64,000 nucleotides of DNA from Macrostomum lignano (lineage: Eukaryota). Position numbers and translations under genes: made by a program. The DNA is taken from contig NIVC01000989.1 in NCBI GenBank assembly GCA_002269645.1, forward strand, positions 124,001 to 188,000, read 5' to 3'. This document shows, piece by piece, positions 13,501-28,298 of this stretch (the first letter of the stretch is position 1; each line of letters begins with the position of its first letter). Under the pieces are notes generated by a model. That model did not search any database. It was not told the DNA's origin and saw only the letters and a list, made by a program, of their open reading frames with translations.

Positions 13501-13821
13501 AATGGCGGCGTTCTGAATGCGGACTCCTCGGAGAGAAGCTCCAGGCAGAACAGCGGCGCAACGTCCGCGGCGGCGTCGGCTGCTGCTGCTGCTGCCGCTG
13601 CCGCCGCAGCCGGCGCCGTGGTTGTGTCGAAGCCGATTAATTCCAAAGCCACCGACGTGATTGGCCGAGTTCGGAAGAAGCTGACTGGACAAGATTTTAA
13701 CGATTCTACTGATAGTAGAGATTTTGTCAACACTATCAGGCAGGTGGACATGCTGCTGGCCAATGCTACGTCTAATCAGAATCTGTGCCAGATGTACATT
13801 GGCTGGTGTCCGTTTTGGTAG
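1..13821 (+). CDS. MTOR: Serine/threonine kinase TOR (mTOR orthologue), 5'-partial; FAT, FRB, PI3K/PI4K-like kinase and FATC domains
   Basis: Coding exons with GT-AG boundaries and consistent phases: <1-155, 1138-1643, 3123-3617, 4243-4413, 5374-5880, 6735-7058, 7900-8129, 8629-8836, 9337-9659, 10429-10576, 11549-11671, 11843-12325, 13216-13821. Diagnostic TOR peptides: [47 protein letters not shown]...[50 protein letters not shown]-terminal [13 protein letters not shown]. Confidence 0.97.
300..1095. repeat. Minisatellite, ~31-32 bp unit (gaggagtgagatttcctaagcttccgtatct), first TOR intron in window
   Basis: Visible tandem units, degenerate at the edges. Confidence 0.9.
1718..3076. repeat. 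Minisatellite, 23 bp unit (gatagtgatgaagctgagcattg), roughly 55-60 copies, TOR intron 2
   Basis: Near-perfect tandem units; source of the long repetitive ORFs on the minus strand. Confidence 0.95.
3650..4050. repeat. Minisatellite, 40 bp unit (tagtggtctttgtagctgagctatcactaccattaaatcc), TOR intron 3
   Basis: Visible tandem units. Confidence 0.9.
4500..5360. repeat. Minisatellite, 44 bp unit (tagaatggattgctaatctatagctctatacatgaattaaagaa), TOR intron 4
   Basis: Visible tandem units; the last degenerate unit runs into the splice acceptor at 5373. Confidence 0.92.
5915..6672. repeat. Minisatellites of 18 bp (tagccgatatgtatcgaa) and a derived 39 bp unit, TOR intron 5
   Basis: Visible tandem units. 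Confidence 0.9.
7066..7645. repeat. 12 bp (gtcttagtgtct) and (gtct)n repeats, TOR intron 6
   Basis: Visible tandem units. Confidence 0.9.
8172..8535. repeat. Minisatellite, 31 bp unit (ggtggcccagcaactgaggatctgggaggct), TOR intron 7
   Basis: Visible tandem units; same family as 13960-15380. Confidence 0.93.
8960..9222. repeat. Minisatellite, 22 bp unit (gagagtgaaaaggcaaggagga), TOR intron 8
   Basis: Visible tandem units; a closely related family occurs inverted at 16230-16560. Confidence 0.9.
9795..10255. repeat. Minisatellite, ~16-17 bp unit (gtgtttatgacagtct), TOR intron 9
   Basis: Visible, imperfect tandem units. Confidence 0.85.
10690..11442. repeat. Minisatellite, 24 bp unit (gattggctattgtacacagaatct), TOR intron 10
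   Basis: Visible tandem units; most contain CTGATTGGCT. Confidence 0.92.
12474..13040. repeat. Minisatellite, 24 bp unit (gtcaggagtgtcgatgtggtttgt), TOR intron 12
   Basis: Visible tandem units. Confidence 0.92.
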
Positions 13822-13959
13822 CTGCTGGTAAGTGCCCACTATATACGAGGCGCCGGTGGCCCAGAAACTAACAGATTTCTAGATTAGAAGGAGTTAGATC
13901 GAGATAGATGAAGAGAATTGGTGGGATTGGCAGCTCGAGACACTAGAGGATCTGAGAAG

Positions 13960-15380
13960 CTGGCCCAGCAACTGGGGATCTGGGAGGCTAGTGGCCCAGC
14001 AACTGATGACCTGGGAGGCTGGTGACCCAGCAACTGAGGATCTGGGAGGCTAGTGGCTCAGCAGCTGATGACCTGGGAGGTTGGTGATCCAGCAACTGAG
14101 GATCTGGGAGGCTGGTGGCCCTGCAACTGAGGATCTGGGAGGCTGGTGGCCGAGCAACTGAGGATCTGGGAGGTTGGTGGCCCAGCAACTGAGGATCTGG
14201 GAGGCTGGTGGCCGAGCAACTGAGGATCTGGGAGGCTGGCGGCCCAGCAACTGAGGATCTGGGAGGCTGGTGGTCCAGCAACTGAGGATCTGGGAGGCTG
14301 GTAGCCCAGCAACTGAGGATCTGGGAGGCTGGTAGCCCAGCAACTGAGGATCTGGGAGGCTGGTGGCCCAGCAACTGAGAATATGGGAGGCTGGTGGCAC
14401 AGCAACTGATGACCTGGGAGGCTGGTGGCCCAGCAACTGAGAATCTGGGAGGCTGGTGGCCCAGCAACTGAGGATCTGGGAGGCTAGTGGCCCAGCAACT
14501 GATGACCTGGGAGGCTGGTGGCCCAGCAACTGAGAATCTGGGAGGCTGGTGGCACAGCAACTGAGAATCTGGGAGGCTGGTGGCACAGCAACTGATGACC
14601 TGGGAGGCTGGTGACCCAGCAACTGAGGATCTGGGAGGCTAGTGGCTCAGCAGCTGATGACCTGGGAGGTTGGTGATCCAGCAACTGAGGATCTGGGAGG
14701 CTGGTGGCCCTGCAACTGAGGATCTGGGAGGCTGGTGGCCGAGCAACTGAGGATCTGGGAGGTTGGTGGCCCAGCAACTGAGGATCTGGGAGGCTGGTGG
14801 CCGAGCAACTGAGGATCTGGGAGGCTGGCGGCCCAGCAACTGAGGATCTGGGAGGCTGGTGGTCCAGCAACTGAGGATCTGGGAGGCTGGTAGCCCAGCA
14901 ACTGAGGATCTGGGAGGCTGGTAGCCCAGCAACTGAGGATCTGGGAGGCTGGTGGCCCAGCAACTGAGAATATGGGAGGCTGGTGGCACAGCAACTGATG
15001 ACCTGGGAGGCTGGTGGCCCAGCAACTGAGAATCTGGGAGGCTGGTGGCCCAGCAACTGAGGATCTGGGAGGCTAGTGGCCCAGCAACTGATGACCTGGG
15101 AGGCTGGTGGCCCAGCAACTGAGAATCTGGGAGGCTGGTGGCACAGCAACTGAGAATCTGGGAGGCTGGTGGCACAGCAACTGATGACCTGGGAGGCTGG
15201 TGGCCCAGCAACTGAGAATCTGGGAGGCTGGTGGCCCAGCAACTGGCGTTGGGAGGCTGGCCCAGCAACTGAGGATCTGGGAGGCTGGCCCAGCAACTGA
15301 GGATCTGGGAGGCTGGCCCAGCAACTGACACTCTGGGAGACTGGCCCAGCAAATGATGATCTTAGACGCTGGCACAGCAA
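13960..15380. repeat. 31 bp minisatellite with a 589 bp higher-order duplication, within a probable TOR 3'-UTR intron (13828-15458)
   Basis: Same unit as intron 7; unique variants recur at +589 (14053/14642, 14484/15073). Donor GTAAGT at 13828, acceptor ctaataattcaccaccccaatttcAG ending at 15458. Confidence 0.85.
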
Positions 15381-15993
15381 GTTTCTGCCATGGAGGTTAT
15401 TTCTGCAGCTAAGCACTTTACTTTTAAACAGTCTAATAATTCACCACCCCAATTTCAGCATCGTGCAAGAGCTTTGAAATCGGAGAGTGCAAAATCTACA
15501 AAAGAAGTTGGTTCAAACAATTGTGCTTATACTTGACCTCAAAAATTAGAAAAGATGTCTCATACAATTTTTTTTATTTTAATGCTACAAAATAACGTTG
15601 CGTATAATTAATAATTCGTTGTTTTTCAAAACCATGAAGATTACGTTTTGAAGTTGATAGAACACAGTTTTAAGGCTAACCTAAATTATCACTTAAAATT
15701 ATACAATATTTTATTGCAGTGCAAATTTATCGTAGTTATATAAGTTAAGTTTGAACATTTCTGACCATCCGTTTCTAGTATTATATATTCTGATTTGCAC
15801 TAACTGCAGTCTTTTTATATAAATTATACTCGCTTTTACGCTTTGAGTTAAATAATTATGCCAATATATTAATGAATTCATTATACTACTAGCATCACTA
15901 TTCAATTATATAATACATGTAGGCTCGTGTATAATCCGTTTTACCTTTGATAAATTAATTATTTTGTGTTGTAAATCATTGCAAGTGTATTGA

Positions 15994-15999
15994 AATAAA
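15994..15999 (+). terminator. Candidate polyadenylation signal (AATAAA) for TOR
   Basis: AATAAA in the AT-rich region after the putative 3'-UTR exon; not verifiable without transcripts. Confidence 0.35.
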
Positions 16000-16229
16000 A
16001 AATTGACCCTGTTTTGTCTAAATTGAATATTAGATAATAGAGTAAATAGTATTACCTATGAGTTGTCTTGCTTGTTTTCAATATTTGGATTTTGATTATA
16101 GATTTTAGTTTTAAATCTTTAACTTCCTACCGTGTCATTTTCTGTCCTTTTTTCAGCATCCTGTACTTTTGTGCTCTTTCTTTTTAACCCTCCCTCTCTC
16201 TTCTCCCGCTTTTTTGCCTTTTCAGTCTC

Positions 16230-16857
16230 CCCTCTTTTTCACTCTCTTCTCTTGCCTTTTCACTCTCTTCTCTTGCCTTTTCACTCTCTTCTCTTGCCTT
16301 TTCACTCTCTTCTCTTGCCTTTTCACTCTCTTCTCTTGCCTTTTCACTCTCTTCTCTTGCCTTTTCACTCTCTTCTCTTGCCTTTTCACTCTCTTCTCTT
16401 GCCTTTTCACTCTCTTCTCTTGCCTTTTCACTCTCTTCTCTTGCCTTTTCACTCTCTTCTCTTGCCTTTTCACTCTCTTCTCTTGCCTTTTCACTCTCTT
16501 CTCTTGCCTTTTCACTCTCTCCTCCTTGCCTTTTCACTCTCTTCTCTTGGCTTTTCACTGTCCCCAGTCAGTCAGTCACCAACTCTGTCAGTCAGTCACC
16601 AACTCTGTCAGTCAGTCAGTCACCAACTCTGTCAGTCAGTTAGTCACCAACTCTGTCAGTCAGTCAGTCACCAACTCTGTCAGTCAGTCAGTCAGTCAGT
16701 CAGTCAGTCAGTCAGTCAGTCAGTCAGTCAGTCAGTCAGTCAGTCAGTCAGTCAGTCAGTCAGTCAGTCAGTCAGTCAGTCAGTCAGTCAGTCAGTCAGT
16801 CAGTCAGTCAGTCAGTCAGTCAGTCAGTCAGTCAGTCAGTCAGTCAGTCAGTCAGTC
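16230..16857. repeat. 22 bp pyrimidine-rich minisatellite followed by a (TCAG)n microsatellite upstream of PDCD2
   Basis: ttttcactctcttctcttgcct units 16230-16560, then tcag-based repeats 16565-16857. Confidence 0.92.
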
Positions 16858-16968
16858 ACCACTCAATTTATTGCATGATACTCTAAACTTTTAACAGGCA
16901 TACTTCATCAAAAAAGAAAAAATTGCAAGAAAAGAAGAAAACAAACTATACTAAAAACTTGAAAGACA

Positions 16969-19308
16969 ATGTCCGGCGATCTGTCCACCGACATCAACCC
17001 GTTGGAGATTGGCTGCGTAGACGAGGCGGCTTCAACGGAGCCGCACAAGCTGCTGTCTCACTTGTTCCCCTCTAAGATTGGCGGCAAGCCGGCATGGCTG
17101 GCCTTGGACCAGCTGCCCGGGGAGGCGCAGCTTCGATGCTGCATCTGCTCCAACCGGATGACCTTCCTGATGCAGGTTTACTGTCCAATTGAGTCCAGTG
17201 TGTCGGCCACGGCTTCCGATAATGCCGATAACAATACCGATAATGACACTTTTCATCGTTGCTTATTCTTTTTCATGTGCTCCAACGGTGGTTGCTATGG
17301 CAACGTGGATAAATCTAGCACGCCGAATGCTCCCGTGAAAGTGTTTCGCTCCCAGCTCGCTAGGAAGAATCCGTATTACCCGTTCGAGCCGCCGAACTAC
17401 GAAGCGAGCTGGTCGGAGATTGTCAAACTAATCGATGCTAAGCAAGTGTCTCACCCGTCGTCATGGCAACCGCTATGCGCCCTGTGCGGCTGCCCAGCTA
17501 GCGGCTCTGAAGCGGTGCAGTGCGACGACTGCAGCTACAAGCCAGGCGGGCTGTACTGCTGCAAGGAGCATCGCGACGCCGACGCTACACGACGCGCCGA
17601 GTTTTGCAAACTTGTCGATAAACAGCAACATAAAATGGATGGAGAACTTCTACTACGTTTGTGGACGCTGCAGTCGGATTTAAACGATGAGCAGCAGTTT
17701 CTGCATAGCAACGGTCGGCCGCTACCTGAGCTGGGCCTACTCATCGGCCCCGATCCGGGCAACGGCATGGCCGACGATAAAATCGACATGAATAGTCGAT
17801 TCGGCGATGTGCCCGACGATGAAGTCGCCTCCGACGATGCTAATGATTCGTCGTCGTTGTCGTCTGAAAATGTCGACGATGATGTCGACGCAGCGATGGA
17901 GGTTGCAGACGATGGAGAGCGCCGTCGGCAGCAGCAGCAGAGCTCGCCGACCCCGATGCACTCGACAAATCAGGCCGGCGACGCGGCTAATATCGACGCC
18001 GCTGCCGTCGCTGATTCCGAGGCTAATCGCAGCTTCAACGAATTCGCCGCCGGAATCGAACAGCTGGCCGCTAAAGAGACGCCGGCCCTGAAACAGCTGG
18101 CCGAGTTTAAACGTGCTACTAGACGCGAGCCCGGACAGGTGAGAGAGAGAAATGGGGATGAGAGAAAGGTGTAATAACTGTGACAGAGGCGATATTAAAT
18201 GTGCAACCTAACTCTTAGTTGGTAGAAAATAGATGAAGATAGGTGGAGACTGGAAGATTGGTGAATGCTAGAGGAAGATATAGAGACTACAGGGAGATGG
18301 GTAGAGACTAGATGAAGAAAGGTAGAGACTAGATGAAGATAGGTAGAGACTAGATGAAGATAGGTAGAGACTAGATGAAGAAAGGTAGAGACTAGATGAA
18401 GATAGGTAGAGACTAGATGACGATGGGTAGAGGCTAGAGGGAGATGAGTAGAGACTAGAGGGAGATGAGTAGAGACTAGAGGGAGATGAGTAGAGACTAG
18501 AGGGAGATGAGTAGAGACTAGAGGGAGATGAGTAGAGACTAGATGAAGAAAGGTAGAGACTAGATGAAGATAGGTAGAGACTAGATGAAGATAGGTAGAC
18601 TAGATGAAGAAAGGTAGAGACTAGATGAAGATCGGTAGAGACTAGAGGGAGATGAGTAGAGACTAGAGGGAGATGAGTAGAGACTAGAGGGAGATGAGTA
18701 GAGACTAGAGGGAGATGAGTAGAGACTAGAGGGAGATGAGTAGAGACTAGAGTGAGAAAGTTAAAGAAGTTAGACTGAGAACGTCGTGATGTTAGACAAA
18801 AATGGAAAAAGACATGGGAGAGAACGGAACGAGAATAATTAATAAAGACACAGTAATTATCGTTTAAGCGATTTCTACTACCCAACAATCATAATAACTC
18901 CACAATATTGATGCAAAAATCGTAGTTTAAATTTATATATTAGCCCCCGATATGTATTGTTAACATATCGAAAATAATAATTATAATAACGTTATTATAA
19001 TAACTTTCCACCAAATGCCATACTCGCTCTTCCCTCAGGTATTTCGCTATCAACGCCACGGCGCGCCTCTACTAATTAGCGATCAATCAGTGGCGCCGGC
19101 GCCAGCCTGCGCTAGATGCGGCGCCGCTCGCCAATTTGAATGCCAAATCACTCCACAGCTGTTGAACTGGCTGCCATTGAATGAGTCACCGGATAGCGTC
19201 GGGCCAGATTTTGGCAGCGTGCTCGTGTACACCTGCTCCCGTAGCTGCCCGCTAGCTGGAGAACTCGGCAACTATGCGGAAGAGTTCGTTGCTATTCAGT
19301 ATGTATGA
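16969..19308 (+). CDS. PDCD2: Programmed cell death protein 2 (PDCD2/Zfrp8; uS5 chaperone family), two exons
   Basis: Exons 16969-18138 and 19039-19308, phase 0, GT-AG. Motifs FPSKIGGKPAWL, FLMQVYCP, FHRCLFFFMC, VKVFRSQL, MYND-like CALCGC...CDDC...YCCKEH, and the PDCD2_C region EPGQ|VFRY...FECQITPQLL...DFGSVLVYTCSRSC...YAEEFV. Confidence 0.92.
18230..18752. repeat. Minisatellite, 21 bp unit (tagagactagatgaagatagg / tagagactagagggagatgag), PDCD2 intron
   Basis: Visible tandem units. Confidence 0.9.
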
Positions 19309-19487
19309 ATTCTTCATGCAGAAAAAACAAAATAATTGAAAATTTTTTTCGATCGTACTTGATTAGATTCACAGATGCAAAATAACTCGATACGTCACTT
19401 GCAATTAAGTTGTGAAAAAGCAGAGCATCTATTCTTTATTGAGTAGTTTGTGTGCGCTCAGTGACACTTACGTTTAATGTTTAAGTG

Positions 19488-19995
19488 TTAGCCAATAAGA
19501 GAGCAGTAAGGAGAGAAGTGAAAGTCAGAGGGACGAAGTCAGAGGGGCAGGCCCAATCTATCTCAGCCAATGTGAGAGCAGTAAGGAGAGAAGTGAAAGT
19601 CAGAGGGACGAAGTCAGAGGGGCAGGCCCAATCTAGCCCAGCCAATGAGAGAGCAGTAAGGAGAGAAGTGAAAGTCAGAGGGGCAGGCCCAATCTAGCCC
19701 AGCCAATGAGAGAGCAGTAAGGAGAGAAGTGAAAGTCAGAGGGGCAGGCCCAATCTAGCCCAGCCAATGAGAGAGCAGTAAGGAGAGAAGTGAAAGTCAA
19801 AAAGACGAAGTCAGAGGGACAGGCCCAATCTATCTCAGCCAATGAGAGAGCAGTAAGAAGAGAAGTGAAAGTCCGAAGGACGAAGTCAGAAGGGAAGACC
19901 GAATCTAGTTCAGCCAATGAGAGAGCAGTAAGAACAAAGTGAAAGTCAGAGGGGCAGGCCCAATCTAGCTCAGCCAATAAGAATGCAGTAAGGAC
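19488..19995 (+). promoter_or_regulatory. Tandem array of eight 61-77 bp units, each with an AGCCAAT(G/A)(A/T)G CCAAT/NF-Y-like box, about 1 kb upstream of the MFS gene
   Basis: The repeats are seen directly; the regulatory role is inferred from the motif match only. Confidence 0.45.
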
Positions 19996-20985
19996 GGAGG
20001 TCAAGTCAGGCGCAAGCGTATATGAAGAAAGCCAAACTGTTTATCAGCCTGGTTGGGGGCTGTTGCCCAACCCATTTTTGCTCACGCACTGGATTTGGCT
20101 TTTTCAACTTTTACTGCAAATTTCAGTTTGTAAAATCCAATTTTTACTTTTATTTAAGAAGAAACGCTAATTTTACTACTGAAAAAAGAGTAGATAAGGA
20201 CAATTTTGTGAGTGACACACTAGTTATTTTAGTATCCGTGATCATTATATTGAGCATTTAAGCTGGCAAGATCGGTCTGTCTTATTTTCGTTGTCTAATT
20301 TGGCATTATAAAACATCTATTTTTGTATTCTTTTGCTTAATTTTCTTTGTTTGTTTTCTTTAATTAACGCGCAACACTTTAATACTACATACAACAGTAA
20401 TTGACTTTTATTTTCCGTCATATTTATTCAATATAACTTATTTCAGCGAGAAGTTCTGTAAGTTCTTCTGCATGCAATTGGTGTGCTTCAACTAATGCCT
20501 ACTACTTATAGTAATCATGTATTTCTATTTAAGCCTTATTTTTGTTTGTTTCTCTCTTTATCCAGCTGTTTCGTGCCAAAAGCATAAAATCTAGTAATTA
20601 TTAATAATGTATAAAAATAATCTTCCTTTTTTCTAATACTACATTGGCCCCATATTAAATTACAATCGATCCATCATCAGCTTGCTATGGTCCTAACTAA
20701 TAATAACAAAGCGTTTAAATAAACGGTGCAATAATACTTAGTTGATAAAAAACAAGCATATCGACTTTGAATTTTTTATTTAATAACCTTTATGTGTAGT
20801 TGCGATGCTTAGAAAGTTATTTTCGATACATATCGGCTATAATTATATTCACTCTGCTATGTCACGAGTCGAAATCCTCTCTTTAACGTATTCCGCTTTC
20901 TATTTTCAGCAATCTTAGTTGTCATTATATTAAACTGGTTTCTCTTCGTCATAATAATCGGATAAAATAATTGATTGATTGGTCC

Positions 20986-25672
<4,687 letters not shown>

Positions 25673-25699
25673 TTGAGTGAAAAGAAAGGCTTTACGTTA

Positions 25700-26060
25700 A
25701 TTGTTGTCACGTGACTCTTTTTTCGGCAAATAGGCGATGCAAAAGTGTCTATTGGACATGACCATTGTCACGTGACTGTTCTATCAGCCAGTAAACAATG
25801 CAAGCAGACTATTGGGCAAAACGATTGTCACGTGACTATTCTCTCGGCTAATAGCCAATAGACTATTGTCACGTGACTGTTCTATCAGCCAATAAACAAT
25901 GCAAGCAGACTATTGGGCGAAACGATCGTCACGTGACTATTCTCTCGGCTAATAGCCAATAGACTATTGTCACGTGACTGTTCTATCAGCCAATAAACGA
26001 TGCAGACAGTCTATTAACGAGACGATTGTCACGTGACTGCTTTCCCAGCCAATAAGCGAC
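25700..26060. repeat. Degenerate 41/60 bp repeat carrying seven GTCACGTGAC palindromes and several CCAAT boxes, just 3' of the MFS stop
   Basis: GTCACGTGAC at 25706, 25767, 25827, 25868, 25928, 25969 and 26028. Confidence 0.8.
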
Positions 26061-27189
26061 TTTCATTAGTGTGTGTTGCCAATAGAGAGCAACCGGGTGA
26101 AAAAAGCACGGTTGAGTCCATTTTACTCAGTAAACACAACTTTAAAGGATACTTAGCAATCGCCCTTTATATCCTCGACGTCTGTATCGATCATGTTACT
26201 TTGTTGCGATTTATTGTTTATATCCACACAAAACTTATATTGCTTTCTGCCCATGTTAGTTACCTGTTCAACGGTGGAAAACAAACGAAAAAAAATCATA
26301 TCAGCTCGCGTTGCAGTTTTCTCTGATGCAGTCGAACATTTTAGAATATTTTATCATTATATTTCGATTTTACATTTGTTTTATTTCTATTATCTAGGTG
26401 CATTCCAATTGAGAATTGATTTATAATCTAGTCATTAGGCATATCAAGCTTGTATTTTTGAAAGTCTTTTACTGAATTTTTTTAACGAAAACTTCTGTAA
26501 ATATATCCGTACTTGACCGTTACTGAGACCTTCTTGCTTGCAAGTATATTGTGTTAATTATACATTTTTGTACTGTTGTAAGACACAGCTGTTCAAACTT
26601 TGCGTACTGTTTTCTCAACTTTTTTATTGTGTCATCTAGTGTTTGCTTTTGTTTTTCAATTGTGTATTGTTTAATTGTTTAATTCAATTGTTTTCCTTTG
26701 TTTTAATTACTCAAGCAGCTTCTCTTTCTGTACAAGAGTCTACATGCAAGTGCAACGCATTAATGCAATTTTCATTGAACTTTTGCACTGCAGTGTAACC
26801 AGAAAGACACCTTTTTTGTCGTTGACGTCCAAGTCAATTTGTTTTACGTGTTTTTAAAAATTATTTTATATTTATTTCTCTTGTCGTCTAAAATTTAAAT
26901 ATTTGCCACGTATAAAGTACAAACGGAATACTGTTTTGTGTTTGTATTTGTTTTATTATTGGTGCTTGTTAAAGAAGATTTTGTTGTTTAAATTCTCTGA
27001 ATATTGATTGTTTTCTGCGAACTATTTAGCAAATTAATTTTCGCGCATCTGTTTATTCAAATTTAAAAAAATTAAATTATGTGTTCTTTTAATAGTTTTA
27101 TTAACTTCTTGATTGTAAAACGCGGAAACAAATGCAACTCAGAGTCAGTGTTTAGAGGCATTTGTAATTTCTACTCATAATGCCTAATT

Positions 27190-27466
27190 GACCAGTCAGT
27201 CAGTCAGTCAGCCAGCCAGTCAGTCAGTCAGTCAGTCAGTCAGTCAGTCAGTCAGTCAGTCAGTCAGTCAGTCAGTCAGTCAGTCAGTCAGTCAGTCAGT
27301 CAGCCAGTCAGTCAGTCAGTCAGTCAGTCAGTCAGTCAGTCAGTCAGTCAGCCAGTCAGTCAGTCAGTCAGTCAGTCAGTCAGCCAGCCAGTCAGTCAGT
27401 CAGTCAGTCAGTCAGTCAGCCAGTCAGTCAGCCAGTCAGTCAGTCAGTCAGTTAGCCAGTCAGTCA
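27190..27466. repeat. (TCAG)n microsatellite
   Basis: Directly visible. Confidence 0.95.
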
Positions 27467-28298
27467 AATTTTCTGGTACAGTAAAATATTTTAAAGGTTT
27501 CCAAGTTACCAAAGTTTTAAAAAACCATGTAAGCCTGTTAATTAGATACCAGAACCCAGAATTCTATTATCTCAAAGTTTCCCAAATCCTACAATTCTGA
27601 AATCCCTAAGCTTCCCATATCCCCAAATTTTGAAATCTCTAATTCCTCAAAACTATTTTGATTTCTGAACTTTAAACTTTCATTTTGGATAGCATAAAAT
27701 ACTCGATTATACTACTCAATACAAATCTCAATCTAAATACAAGATACTACAAGTTGCATTGTATCTAATGCCAGTATTGCCATCTGTTTTAATGGCGTTT
27801 GTGCTATCCTCAAACTCAATACAGTCAAGGTTAAGCAGTGTTTTACTCAATGAGCTGCTATCATTTTGTAATAACAGTTATTATTTTAATAATGCTAACT
27901 AAAATACACGTGAAAAAACCATGCTTTTTAGTGTTGTTTTTTAAATTCATTGTTTAAATTATTTCTCACTGATAAACCAATTAAGTTAACATAATTAAAC
28001 AATAATTAACATTAAAACTCCAGTCAGTACTCCTGGTTCGTAATGTTTATTTAGCACAATGCTGCGGTTTTGACCCTGTTATTTGACCTTGCAATTGTGC
28101 TTGAGTTAAATGTACATTTCGTTTTCGAAAATCGTAATACCCTGAATAGACGTGACCAAATCGATATGCTCTGGGTTTTTATGCATTAGAATCACAGTGC
28201 AATGTGCCATCGTGCGTCGCATTATCTCGAAACTGAATTTTAGCTTGATTATTTTTTTACGATACAGCTTGACAAAAACCTATTCTAATTGCAGACAA

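Noticed and set aside
13988-15416. Repetitive minus-strand ORFs ([23 protein letters not shown])
   Set aside because: Products of the 31 bp minisatellite; no evidence of coding constraint.
28152-28298. 49 aa N-terminal extension of copy 1 in the ORF track
   Set aside because: Starts at GTG upstream of a splice acceptor; all paralogues start at the ATG equivalent to 28299.
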